Shown here piece by piece: positions 46,432 through 55,182 of a stretch of DNA of 64,000 nucleotides. The first letter of the stretch is position 1; each line of letters begins with the position of its first letter. The notes under the pieces are model-generated. The model was not told the origin of the DNA and made no database searches. It was given only the letters and a program-made list of their open reading frames with translations. The stretch covers positions 1,343-65,342 of the forward strand of contig CAZHIA010000006.1 of NCBI GenBank assembly GCA_964532425.1, written 5' to 3'. The DNA is from an uncultured Candidatus Saccharibacteria bacterium. GTDB taxonomy: Bacteria; Patescibacteriota; Doudnabacteria; UBA920. Made by a program: the position numbers and the translations under genes.

Positions 46432-46785
46432 TTATGGGTGTGCACACTCCACCTTTGGCCGCTGGTCCAAGAGCTCGAACAGTTTCAGCCGCAGCTGCAT
46501 ACAATCCGGATCAAAGGGCTCGCTTTTGGCGAGACCTACGCCGGTCCATTGGCCGTTGACACGGGCGCAGTGAGCCTTGATAACCGAATTCCGATGTATG
46601 CCATTGGTTACGAGAAAACGCAAATGGATGGAGGGGTGCTCCTTGTCGGCCGGGGTTTCACCTGTGGCCACTGCAAGCGCGAGGATCTTTCCCGAAGCAT
46701 TCTGGCCGTCGAGGGTCAGCGGGTAGGTGTTGCCGAGCGCCAGGTCGAGGGGCAAGTCACTGATGTGCAATAATTCCTGCTGCAT
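46432..46785 (-). CDS. Hypothetical protein
   Basis: 117 aa; strong RBS TAAGGAGGTTGA before ATG at 46785; preferred over the equal-length plus-strand ORF 46438-46773, which lacks an RBS. Confidence 0.45.
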   Translation of the reverse strand: MQQELLHISDLPLDLALGNTYPLTLDGQNASGKILALAVATGETPADKEHPSIHLRFLVTNGIHRNSVIKAHCARVNGQWTGVGLAKSEPFDPDCMQLRLKLFELLDQRPKVECAHP

Positions 46786-46867
46786 TCAACCTCCTTAGAA
46801 CGGTGTTCTGCCCAGGAATCATATCAAAAACAGCTTTTTTGTAAAGCAGGGGGTTATAGTGTAAAAT

Positions 46868-47422
46868 ATGAGTAATTCGACAGGGCCGTATCCCGGCATT
46901 ATGTTTGAGACATTAACAGAAAACAATATGCAAAAACCTCGAGATAACGCCATTTCGTGGGATGAGTGTATGATGCGAATGGCTCATGTCATCGCGGCTC
47001 GCTCCAAGGATCCGTCCACCCAAGCTGGGGCCGTCGTGGCGGATTATGACAATGTCATATACGGACTTGGGTATAATGGTTTTCCCCGCGGGATCTCGGC
47101 TGACCAGTTGCCGTGGGAGCGGGATGGAAAGTTTTTGGAAACCAAGTATGCGTATGTCTGTCATGCCGAGGAAAATGCGGTCTATAACGCCAATGGCCCA
47201 GTCAAGGGGTGTAAAATTTATTGTACGCTGTTTCCTTGCAATGAATGCGCCAAGACCATTATCCAGCGCGGCATTAAGGAAGTAGTCTTCGAAAGCGACA
47301 AATATCATGATGTGGATCCGTATATTGCCTCACGTAAGCTTCTTGATCTTGCCGGGGTCACCTGCCGCCGGTATGTGTCAGCCTGGGTTACCGAACCGGC
47401 AAAAGAAGGAGCGGTAGAATGA
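46868..47422 (+). CDS. dCMP deaminase (cytidine/deoxycytidylate deaminase zinc-binding family)
   Basis: VCHAEENAV and CTLFPCNECAK zinc-ligand motifs. Confidence 0.8.
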   Translation: MSNSTGPYPGIMFETLTENNMQKPRDNAISWDECMMRMAHVIAARSKDPSTQAGAVVADYDNVIYGLGYNGFPRGISADQLPWERDGKFLETKYAYVCHAEENAVYNANGPVKGCKIYCTLFPCNECAKTIIQRGIKEVVFESDKYHDVDPYIASRKLLDLAGVTCRRYVSAWVTEPAKEGAVE

Positions 47423-47469
47423 CAAATAGAAAAATAAAAATATAGAAAGATAAAAAATTGTTTTTTGGA

Positions 47470-47489
47470 GGGGCGGCCACTGGCCGCCC
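47470..47489. repeat. GC-rich palindrome GGGGCGGCCACTGGCCGCCC (copy 2)
   Basis: Differs by one base from 42939-42958. Confidence 0.4.
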
Positions 47490-47550
47490 GCAATAGTGGT
47501 TGCAGAACAGCCATCTAAACTATCAGTAAAGTATTTTTTAACGATCATTC

Positions 47551-48102
47551 ATGAATAACCATATTCTCGCCGTTGTTGGCTTGCCGGGTGCAGGCAAGAC
47601 TGAAGCAACTAATTATATAATTGAAAAAACCGGTTGGTCAAAGGTGTATTTTGCCCAGCCGACATTTGACGTATTGGCGGAACGAGGCAAGGAAATCAAT
47701 GAAGCTAATGAGCGGGCTGTACGGGAGGAATTGCGAGCCACACATGGCATGGGTGCCATGGCCATTTTGAGCATTCCCAAAGTCAAGGAGCTGTTTCAAA
47801 ATTCTAGCGTGATCATTGAAAGCTTATATAGTTGGGAGGAATATCTGGCAGTCAAACAGGAGTTCGGCGACGCATTCAAGGTGCTGGCAATCTTCGCTTC
47901 ACCTCAGATTCGGACAGAACGCATGGGAAAGCGCCCGGTCAGACCGCTCACGCCTGAGCAGCTTATCTCCCGGGATTATTCCCAAATCGAAAATCTCCAT
48001 CAGGCTGGACCAATCGCCCGTGCCGATTGGACGGTTATCAACGAAGGGACAGTAGGGGAGATGAAAGGGAAGATTGATGAAATATTGGCGCAACTTAAAT
48101 AA
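47551..48102 (+). CDS. P-loop nucleoside/nucleotide monophosphate kinase-like protein
   Basis: Walker A VVGLPGAGKTE (adenylate/cytidylate kinase-like); shares C-terminal block N-GTV-E-GKIDEIL with 48733-49272; substrate unknown. Confidence 0.5.
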   Translation: MNNHILAVVGLPGAGKTEATNYIIEKTGWSKVYFAQPTFDVLAERGKEINEANERAVREELRATHGMGAMAILSIPKVKELFQNSSVIIESLYSWEEYLAVKQEFGDAFKVLAIFASPQIRTERMGKRPVRPLTPEQLISRDYSQIENLHQAGPIARADWTVINEGTVGEMKGKIDEILAQLK

Positions 48103-48215
48103 TTTCAAATTACAAATATCAAATTTCAAATCAAACTTTAATGCTTTAATAATAAATTATTATTTTAGTCATTGGTCATTGATTTGACATTTGAAATTAG
48201 AAATTGGAAATTTAA
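48103..48215. repeat. AT-rich palindrome of TTTCAAAT/ATTTGAAA words (divergent family C)
   Basis: TTTCAAATTACAAATATCAAATTTCAAATCAAA ... TGACATTTGAAATTAGAAATTGGAAATTT. Confidence 0.35.
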
Positions 48216-48264
48216 AGACTAAATATCTAGTTCAAATTAACCTCGATTAGCCTTAAGATCGCTT

Positions 48265-48705
48265 ATGAAAGTAAAGATCAAACGTTTAGATCCTTCTATT
48301 CCTCTCCCTGAATATCACACCACCGAATCCGCCGGTTTTGATATTGGTTCGGCGATTGATGTTGTTATCCAGCCGGGACAGGTGTTCAAGATCCCAACCG
48401 GACTAGTTTTTGCTTCGCCTAAAGGTTACTTTTTAATGATCTCCTCCCGCAGTAGTCTCGCGCTCAAGAAAGGCCTTGTCATGGCCAACGGCATTGGCGT
48501 CGTAGACCCCGACTATGCGGGCCCGAATGACCAAGTGCACATTATTGTTCATAACATTACCACAGAACCGGTTGAGGTAAAAAAAGGCGAGCGTTTAGCT
48601 CAAGGTATCTTTTTGCCTATCGAGCAGGCTGAGTGGGAAGAGACGGACCAAATGCGGGAGACTGATAGGGGAGGGATAGGGTCGACGGGGGGATATAATA
48701 ATTAA
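48265..48705 (+). CDS. dut: dUTP diphosphatase
   Basis: 146 aa; dUTPase motifs GFDIGS, SSRSSLALKKG, GVVDPDYAGP. Confidence 0.85.
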   Translation: MKVKIKRLDPSIPLPEYHTTESAGFDIGSAIDVVIQPGQVFKIPTGLVFASPKGYFLMISSRSSLALKKGLVMANGIGVVDPDYAGPNDQVHIIVHNITTEPVEVKKGERLAQGIFLPIEQAEWEETDQMRETDRGGIGSTGGYNN

Positions 48706-48735
48706 TTCCCAATTCCTAATTTCCAATTTCCAATG
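48704..48735. repeat. Half-copy of family C element
   Basis: TTAATTCCCAATTCCTAATTTCCAATTTCCAATG matches left arm of 44520-44634. Confidence 0.4.
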
Positions 48736-49272
48736 ATTATAGGATTAGTGGGGGAAAAATTAGCAGGGAAGGATGTGGTGGCGGAGTACTTGGAAAAAAA
48801 GTATGGGGCTTTTTATATTAAGTACAGCACAATCTTGGATGAGATTTTAAATATTCTCGATCTTCCCGTGAGCCGCCGCAATGAAATAGATTTGGGTGCG
48901 GGTCTGCGCGAGGCGTTTAAACGCAGTGTGCTCTGGGGAGCGGTGAAAAAGAAGGTACTTGAGTCGTCCGCTGATTTGAAAGTTATCGGTAGCATAAGGC
49001 TTGAGGACGAGTTCGAAAGCGCGCGAAGCCTGGGGGCGAAGGTTTTGTATGTGACCGCGCCGATCGATTTGCGCTATCAGCGCGCCTTGGTACGCCGCGA
49101 AAAAACCGATGACGGCCAACAGACGTTTGAACAGTTTATTGCCCAGGAACAGGAATGGACCGAAGCTGGAATTCCTGAGCTCGGCAAAAAGGCGGACTTT
49201 CGGATAGAGAATGTTGGGACGGTGGAGGAGTTGTATGGGAAGATTGATGAGATACTATCAACCGTAGCCTAA
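48733..49272 (+). CDS. P-loop kinase-like protein, paralogue of 47551-48102 with degenerate Walker A
   Basis: GLVGEKLAGKD; shared C-terminal NVGTVEELYGKIDEIL block. Confidence 0.45.
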   Translation: MIIGLVGEKLAGKDVVAEYLEKKYGAFYIKYSTILDEILNILDLPVSRRNEIDLGAGLREAFKRSVLWGAVKKKVLESSADLKVIGSIRLEDEFESARSLGAKVLYVTAPIDLRYQRALVRREKTDDGQQTFEQFIAQEQEWTEAGIPELGKKADFRIENVGTVEELYGKIDEILSTVA

Positions 49273-49354
49273 GTGACAGACATTTGACCTGTGACATTTG
49301 ACATTTGACCAATTGCAGACGGTCAAAGGTCAAATGTTAAATGTTAAATGTTTT
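49273..49354. repeat. TGACATTTGACC-family hairpin element (copy R6)
   Basis: GTGACAGACATTTGACCTGTGACATTTGACATTTGACC-AATTGCAGAC-GGTCAAAGGTCAAATGTTAAATGTTAAATGTTTT; loop resembles R3 loop. Confidence 0.65.
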
Positions 49355-49357
49355 CCT

Positions 49358-50128
49358 ATGAAGCTCTCATTCGGTAAATCAAAAAAACAGGAACCCCGCC
49401 AGAAAGGCAAGTTTATTGTCATCGATGGTACGGACGGCAGTGGCAAAGGAACGCAGACTCAGCTGCTTATTGAAGAATTGAAGGTCAACGGTTTTGAAGT
49501 TGAAATGGCGGACTTTCCCCAGTATGGCCAGAAGTCTGCGGGTATGGTGGAAGAATACTTAAACGGCAAGTTTGGCCAGGTTGGTCCGCAGGCGGCTTCC
49601 ATTTTTTATGCGGTCGACCGTTTTGACGCATCGTTTAAAATCCGCCAGTGGCTCGAAGAGGGTAAAGTGGTGGTTTCTAACCGCTATGTGACCGCTAATG
49701 CCGGCCATCAGGGTGGCAAGATTGCGGACGATATTGAACGGCATAAATTTTTCCGCTGGCTGAATAATTTGGAGTACGACATTTTTGGCATTCCGAAACC
49801 GGATTTGAATGTGATTTTATACATGCCAGCCGAGATCGCCCAGAAGCTTGTTGATCAGAAGGCTGCGGAGCAGCGAGCGTATGCGGAAGGCAAGAAGCGT
49901 GATCTGCATGAGGCGGATCTTGATCATCTTAAGAATGCCGAGCGGGTCTATTTGGAGATTGCCCGGCTGTTCCCGAATACCAAGCTGGTGGAGTGCGTGA
50001 CGAAAAGCGAACAGGCCAAGTACGACGTTCCGTGTGTCCTGAGTCCGCAAGAGGTCCATAATAAAGTTTGGGAATTGGTGAGGAGGATAGCGCTGAAGGA
50101 TTTAAAGCCTAACATATCGACGAAGTGA
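49358..50128 (+). CDS. tmk: Thymidylate kinase with C-terminal extension
   Basis: KFIVIDGTDGSGKGTQ P-loop, DRF motif VDRFDASF; about 256 aa from ATG 49358 (track ORF starts 49298 inside the repeat). Confidence 0.85.
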   Translation: MKLSFGKSKKQEPRQKGKFIVIDGTDGSGKGTQTQLLIEELKVNGFEVEMADFPQYGQKSAGMVEEYLNGKFGQVGPQAASIFYAVDRFDASFKIRQWLEEGKVVVSNRYVTANAGHQGGKIADDIERHKFFRWLNNLEYDIFGIPKPDLNVILYMPAEIAQKLVDQKAAEQRAYAEGKKRDLHEADLDHLKNAERVYLEIARLFPNTKLVECVTKSEQAKYDVPCVLSPQEVHNKVWELVRRIALKDLKPNISTK

Positions 50129-50137
50129 TGCAAAATG

Positions 50138-50564
50138 TTTCCCTCCCCATGAGTGGGGAGGGAACAAGGGAGAGGTAGATGAAAGTTGATGGATATAAAA
50201 TTGGCCTGTCTAAAAGACTTCGGAAGACTTCCACGCCTTGGGAAAGAAAACTTTGGTACTATCTGCGAGGTGGCCGATTTTCAGGTTTGAAATTTAAGCG
50301 ACAAGTGCCGATTGGGAATTATATAGTAGACTTTTGTTGCCATGAGAAAAGATTGGTAATAGAATTGGATGGTGGTGGACATTCGGAGCAGCAACAGCAC
50401 GTTCATGATCTGGAAAAGGATAACTATTTGGAACAAGAAGGGTATCAGATTTTAAGATTTTGGAATATAGACGTAGATAAAAATATTGAAGGTATTTTGC
50501 ATACTATTAAAGGAGTTGTTACATAGGCAACCTCTCTCTGTCTCTCCCCACACATGGGGAGAGG
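50138..50564. mobile_element. Second DUF559 endonuclease cassette bounded by related GC-rich hairpins
   Basis: Left TTTCCCTCCCCA-TGAG-TGGGGAGGGAA (50138-50164) plus AAGGGAGAGG; right CCTCTCTCTG TCTCTCCCCA-CACA-TGGGGAGAGG (50531-50564); inserted between tmk and thyX-like gene. Confidence 0.45.
50179..50526 (+). CDS. DUF559 domain protein (Vsr-like endonuclease fold), paralogue of 31923-32273
   Basis: TPWERKLW...FKRQVPIGNYIVDFCC...LVIELDGGGH. Confidence 0.75.
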   Translation: MKVDGYKIGLSKRLRKTSTPWERKLWYYLRGGRFSGLKFKRQVPIGNYIVDFCCHEKRLVIELDGGGHSEQQQHVHDLEKDNYLEQEGYQILRFWNIDVDKNIEGILHTIKGVVT

Positions 50565-50594
50565 ACGTGCTAAGAAAATAATTACCTGAAAAAT

Positions 50595-52289
50595 ATGTTC
50601 ACCGACGAAGAAAAATCCATTCTCAAAAAATACGTGTCTTCTCCCGATGCCAATATTTTTTCCGTGAAAGGAATGGAAGGCATGGTAGGTGCGGCCTATG
50701 CCCGGTACAGCCGGGCCAAGGGCGGCTTCCGCGAAGTCCTTTTAAAGGAGTTTATTGAAGAAGGGAATATCGATCCCAAGCATGCTGATGAACTAATCGC
50801 GCGCGTGCTGGTTGCCTACGGAGATGATTCCGTGGGGGAATTGGAAGGCGCGCATGTTAGCTTTGAAAAAATTACGATGTTGGCGGCCAAGGAGATCGAA
50901 GATCGTCGCATCGGCGGCAGTCCCATTGAACAGTCAACGAGGTATGTGCTCTATGACCAGAAGACCGAGGACGGCCGCTGGCTGTATTACCGCGGTCCGG
51001 AAGTTATTGAAGCCTCCTTTGGCAAGCTCTATGAAGAGACTATGGATTTTATCTTCCAGACGTACGCGGACCTGGTAGAACCCATGAAAAGCTATTTGGA
51101 ATCGCAGAAGCCGCTCCACGATGCCGAGTATGATATCAACGGCGACGGAGTGAAGGAGAAGCTGGCGGATGTCGTAGATGAGAAGCAGATCAAGGCATTC
51201 AAGCAAACCTACACATTCGAGCTGCGCGCCAAGGCGTGCGATATTCTCAGGGCACTGCTTCCGGTCGCCACGCTGACCAATGTCGGCATGTTCGGCAACG
51301 GCAGGTTTTACCAGAATCTTATCAGCCACTTGCTGACAACTGAGCTGCCCGAGGCTCATACCATCGCAGCCGGCACCCAGGAAGCGCTCAAAGAAGTGAT
51401 TCCACAATATATCCGCCGGGCCCGGCGCAATGAGTACAATGCGGAAATTCATAAGAACATGTTCTCGCTGGCCCGCGAGGTGCTGAAGGATATTAAGCAT
51501 GAGCATCCTGACCGGCTGCCGCACTTTTTGCTCTTGGACAGGGGAGAGGAACTGTTAGAAAAACGCATCCGCCACGAAGGGGTGCCGGCGCGCGAGGCCT
51601 TGCAAGAGGTAAGCGACATCAATATGATCGCGGCCATGCTCTATCCGTATTCGCATCTGCCTTTGCATCAAATTCGTAAAGAGGTAGACCGTATGGATGC
51701 GGAAACCAGAAAGCGCGTGGTAAATACCTATATCAGCGATCGGAAGACCCGCCGCGACCGGCCTGGCCGGGCTTTGGAAGACGGGTACCCGTACACCTTT
51801 GACCTGGTCACAAATTTTGGGGTGTATAAAGATCTCCAGCGCCATCGCATGAATACCCAGACCCGCCAACTGTTCACCACTCGCCTGGGCTTTTACTATG
51901 CCCCGGAACTTGAGTTGATCGGCGCTACCAAAAAGGTCCAGGAATGCGTGGAGAAGGCGGATAGACTCTGTGAGGCTATGGCCGCGGAAAACCCGCTTAT
52001 AGCCCAATATAGCGCGCTTCACGGCCATTATATCCGCTGGTCCATTGGTTTTAACGACCGGGAAGCTATGCATCTGCTGGAATTACGGTCTACTCCCCAA
52101 GGCCACCCTAACTATCGGCTGGCGGCCCAGGAGATGCATAAACTCATTGCCGAGCGCAGTCCGATGCGGGCAGACATGATGAAGTTTGTCGATCACAACG
52201 ACTATTACTGGTCGCGAGCGGAGAGTGAAGCCAAACAGCGCGTAAAGGAAGCTGAACTGGACAAGAAATTCCACAATACAAACAGTTGA
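50595..52289 (+). CDS. thyX: Thy1/ThyX-like FAD-dependent thymidylate synthase, unusually long form
   Basis: 564 aa; ThyX-like blocks DLQRHRM and LELRSTPQ..A.QE; context next to tmk, dut and dCMP deaminase; canonical RHR-x7-S serine not obvious. Confidence 0.55.
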   Translation: MFTDEEKSILKKYVSSPDANIFSVKGMEGMVGAAYARYSRAKGGFREVLLKEFIEEGNIDPKHADELIARVLVAYGDDSVGELEGAHVSFEKITMLAAKEIEDRRIGGSPIEQSTRYVLYDQKTEDGRWLYYRGPEVIEASFGKLYEETMDFIFQTYADLVEPMKSYLESQKPLHDAEYDINGDGVKEKLADVVDEKQIKAFKQTYTFELRAKACDILRALLPVATLTNVGMFGNGRFYQNLISHLLTTELPEAHTIAAGTQEALKEVIPQYIRRARRNEYNAEIHKNMFSLAREVLKDIKHEHPDRLPHFLLLDRGEELLEKRIRHEGVPAREALQEVSDINMIAAMLYPYSHLPLHQIRKEVDRMDAETRKRVVNTYISDRKTRRDRPGRALEDGYPYTFDLVTNFGVYKDLQRHRMNTQTRQLFTTRLGFYYAPELELIGATKKVQECVEKADRLCEAMAAENPLIAQYSALHGHYIRWSIGFNDREAMHLLELRSTPQGHPNYRLAAQEMHKLIAERSPMRADMMKFVDHNDYYWSRAESEAKQRVKEAELDKKFHNTNS

Positions 52290-52378
52290 TGTTCTTTGTA
52301 AGAAATTCTATCCAAAGAGGTCTTTGGTAGTAAGGTAGTTAGTGGTTGTCTATTCTGAGTATTGCTCAGGGGGGCGTT

Positions 52379-52783
52379 ATGAGTATCGTGATTGCCGTGA
52401 AGTTGGGAGATGACCTGCACAACAAGCTCAAATTGATCGGAACGAGAGAGTCGCGATTGTTGGGTGCGCAAGCTTTGTTTTTCCTGGAGACCTGCGCCAT
52501 AGCAGCTCAACGCGAACCGGCCCTCCGGTATAAGCTGGAGATGGTGCCTGAACAGCCGTTCATGAAAAATTGCAGCAAGTTCGTCCTTGAAGACGGATTG
52601 TTCGATTACTATTCTGAGTGGGCGTGCTGTTACGGCATCAGGGTCGCTCCGTTTGTCCGAATGGTGCTTCATACTGCCATTCGGTGCTATGAACGGCTTG
52701 CGCCCACACGGGTGCTGGGAAAGGAGGAATTTATCGGCGTACTGGTAGACCAGGTGCGCAGTATGCCGTCTCACGCCGACTAA
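52379..52783 (+). CDS. Hypothetical protein
   Basis: About 134 aa from ATG 52379 (track TTG 52346); Cys-containing, no motif. Confidence 0.4.
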   Translation: MSIVIAVKLGDDLHNKLKLIGTRESRLLGAQALFFLETCAIAAQREPALRYKLEMVPEQPFMKNCSKFVLEDGLFDYYSEWACCYGIRVAPFVRMVLHTAIRCYERLAPTRVLGKEEFIGVLVDQVRSMPSHAD

Positions 52784-52790
52784 ACCCTCG

Positions 52791-52816
52791 GCCGGAGTAT
52801 CTCCGGCTTTTTTGTT
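52791..52816 (+). terminator. Intrinsic terminator
   Basis: GCCGGAG-TAT-CTCCGGC followed by TTTTTTG. Confidence 0.7.
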
Positions 52817-52820
52817 TTTC

Positions 52821-52829
52821 TGCTATAAT
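52821..52829 (+). promoter_or_regulatory. Extended -10 element TGCTATAAT 9 nt before prfB ATG (near-leaderless)
   Basis: TGnTATAAT consensus match; no SD between it and ATG 52839. Confidence 0.45.
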
Positions 52830-52838
52830 GTCAAAGCT

Positions 52839-53927
52839 ATGAATGAACTCATCAAACGGCTGGAAAACCTCCTGGCTGAGGTAAAAAACTTGACCGCTAA
52901 CTTGCAGCTGCCGCAAAAGGAACAGCGTATTTTGGAATTGGAAGACCAAATGAACCAGCCGGATTTTTGGAATGATAACGAGCGGGCTCAGAGAGTGAGC
53001 AAGGAGTATAACCAGCTGAAAACTTTTTATGATTTTTGGACGGGGTTGGAAAAAGATGTTGCGGAGACGCTGGAGCTTGCCCAGGCTGACGCTGGCAACG
53101 GCTTGGACCGTTCCCTACAAGAGCACGCCGATAATCTTGAGGCTCAATACAAAAAGAACCGTTTCGTAGCCCTGCTTTCCAAAAAATACGATGACCATAA
53201 CGCCATCTTTTCCCTCCATTCGGGAGCGGGCGGCGTAGATGCCCAGGACTGGGCGGAAATGCTTCTGCGCATGTTTTTGCGCTACTGCGAACGCAAAGGA
53301 TTTGCCACCGAGGTTTTGGAATTGTCCCGCGGCGAACAGGGAGGGGTGAAGACTGCCGTGGTGGAAGTTAAAGGTCCGTACGCATACGGATTATTGAAGA
53401 GCGAGGCCGGTGTGCACCGGCTGGTGAGATTGTCGCCGTTCAATCCGGCCCATACTCGCGAAACTTCCTTTGCGCTTTTGGAGTTGCTTCCAGAGCTTGA
53501 GCAACAGGAAGAATTTAAGGTAGACGAGAAAGAGCTGAAGATCGAAGCGAATACTTCTTCCGGTCACGGCGGCCAGTCCGTTAACACCACGTATTCCGCC
53601 ATCCGCATTACGCACATTCCGACCGGCATCCGAGTCTCCATCCAGAACGAGCGCAGCCAGCACCAGAACCGGGAAATGGCCATGAAGATTTTGATGTCAA
53701 AGTTGAAAGCTTTGGAAGAAGAGAAGCTACAAAAAGAAAAACAGGAACTGCGCGGCGAGTTCAAATCCGCGGAATGGGGAAACCAAATCCGGTCATATGT
53801 GCTCCATCCGTACAAAATGGTCAAAGACCACCGGACCAGCATGGAGACTTCGGATCCCGAATCTGTCTTGAACGGCGAATTGGATGAGTTTGTTGAGGCT
53901 TACCTCGAACAGACCAGTGCGCGATAA
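52839..53927 (+). CDS. prfB: Peptide chain release factor 2, encoded without programmed frameshift
   Basis: SPF tripeptide (RLSPFNPAH), GGQ (SSGHGGQSVNTT); single uninterrupted ORF. Confidence 0.9.
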   Translation: MNELIKRLENLLAEVKNLTANLQLPQKEQRILELEDQMNQPDFWNDNERAQRVSKEYNQLKTFYDFWTGLEKDVAETLELAQADAGNGLDRSLQEHADNLEAQYKKNRFVALLSKKYDDHNAIFSLHSGAGGVDAQDWAEMLLRMFLRYCERKGFATEVLELSRGEQGGVKTAVVEVKGPYAYGLLKSEAGVHRLVRLSPFNPAHTRETSFALLELLPELEQQEEFKVDEKELKIEANTSSGHGGQSVNTTYSAIRITHIPTGIRVSIQNERSQHQNREMAMKILMSKLKALEEEKLQKEKQELRGEFKSAEWGNQIRSYVLHPYKMVKDHRTSMETSDPESVLNGELDEFVEAYLEQTSAR

Positions 53928-54041
53928 TACATACGTATGCTCCTTTGTTACACTATGATACTTCCTTGTATCATAGTGTCTTTACAAGAGGAAGATTTAT
54001 GCGTATAATTGAGCCAGTTTTAGGAACGGAGGAGGGAAGAA

Positions 54042-54746
54042 ATGTATCAAACAGTAGCTGAATCGTGGCTTGGCAAGGCGCGGGAGGAGACCGAACAAGG
54101 CAATTTTTCCCAAGCGATCGTTGCCTGTCAAAATGCTTTCCATTCAGCTGTCAGCGGCAACGAATGGGAATTGGTTATTCACAGCCTGGTGGACGAGGTG
54201 AATGCCTGGCAGCACCTGTTCAAGACTAAAGGGAAGCCGGAGTATGTAATCAGAGCCCTTTCGGTAGCCACCCTGATGGTGCAGCAACAAGGCATCTATC
54301 AACTGAAAGACAAATGGGCTGTCGTCTATTATCGCCTCGGCACCGCACATCAATTGAACGAGGATTATCCGCACGCTATTGAATCGTTCAGGCAAGCCTT
54401 GGATTGGTTCGACAAGTCGGGGCATTGGCCGGCCGAAAAAGAAGACTGGCGCGTCCATTATGGCGAAGCATTTGTCCTGATGGGCGAGAAACGGATCGGC
54501 CTGGATATTATGTATCAGGCGCTCGATGAATTGAACCGTTGGAGTACCGAGGAAACCGTCGATGAGCGATCTTCGTTTCTCCTAAACGTCTGGATCACCG
54601 GAGCTCATCATAAGCTGGCGCGTCTGCTGCGGCATGATGACCCGGAAAAGGCTCAATGGCATCTAAAGCAAGCCCGGGCAATCATCGATCAGGACAACCG
54701 CCTCGTGGTTCGCAAGCGCGAGCAAGAGGAATTGGAAGGAAATTGA
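54042..54746 (+). CDS. Hypothetical helical-repeat (TPR-like) protein
   Basis: 234 aa; strong RBS GGAGGAGGGAAG; repeated W/Y-x-A-L helical hairpins. Confidence 0.45.
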   Translation: MYQTVAESWLGKAREETEQGNFSQAIVACQNAFHSAVSGNEWELVIHSLVDEVNAWQHLFKTKGKPEYVIRALSVATLMVQQQGIYQLKDKWAVVYYRLGTAHQLNEDYPHAIESFRQALDWFDKSGHWPAEKEDWRVHYGEAFVLMGEKRIGLDIMYQALDELNRWSTEETVDERSSFLLNVWITGAHHKLARLLRHDDPEKAQWHLKQARAIIDQDNRLVVRKREQEELEGN

Positions 54747-54770
54747 AAAAGTTGGAATTAAGGAGGTGAC

Positions 54771-54914
54771 ATGTCTGTTGTTGAACTGGAACTCGGGCCG
54801 CTCCTGAACAAGCTGCAGCAGCGGGCGTTCGAACTTGGTAAAGAAGCCCAAGCTCAGAGACTGAACAAACGCCAAGCAGAAAAAAGTTGGCGGATGACAA
54901 TTTGTTGCGTCTGA
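54771..54914 (+). CDS. Possible small protein (47 aa)
   Basis: Strong RBS AAGGAGGTGAC directly before ATG 54771; MSVVELELGPLLNKLQQRAFELGKEAQAQRLNKRQAEKSWRMTICCV; not in ORF track because shorter than 60 aa. Confidence 0.3.
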   Translation: MSVVELELGPLLNKLQQRAFELGKEAQAQRLNKRQAEKSWRMTICCV

Positions 54915-55092
54915 CGGTTCGTCAGATTATCAACAAGGTCAGACCGCCTGCCATATAAGGACCGCAAGGTCCTTATTTAAATTGACAAAGTTGAACAAAA
55001 TTTAATCCTCCTCCGCTAAAGCTTCGGCGGACCTTCGGAAAATTGACCGAATTTGAGGACAGATGGAAAAAATTTTCATAAACTGACAAAAG

Positions 55093-55101
55093 TGGTATAA
55101 T
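55093..55101 (+). promoter_or_regulatory. Extended -10 element TGGTATAAT upstream of ftsE
   Basis: TGnTATAAT match about 80 nt before ftsE ATG. Confidence 0.4.
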
Positions 55102-55182
55102 ATATTCACTGTGATTGATACTGATATAAACATTTATCGGAATTTGTAGGTATCCGTAGATTTGTAGGAAAATTTTGTAGCT

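Noticed and set aside
46438-46773. 111-aa plus-strand ORF almost exactly antisense to 46432-46785
   Set aside because: The minus-strand ORF has a strong AAGGAGG RBS correctly spaced and a dedicated terminator. The plus-strand ORF begins immediately after a terminator with no RBS. Only one of the two is likely real, and the minus strand is preferred.
46432-46785. Metallophosphoesterase assignment for the 117-aa protein (LLHISDL resembles motif I context)
   Set aside because: The diagnostic D-x-H and GNHE motifs are absent. It is kept as hypothetical.
52839-53927. Possible UGA recoding (alternative genetic code)
   Set aside because: RF2 with an intact SPF motif is present, and several well-supported genes (holB, tmk, the DUF559 gene at 31923-32273, and the minus-strand miaA and 63317-63706) end at TGA in their natural positions. 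The standard code is assumed.
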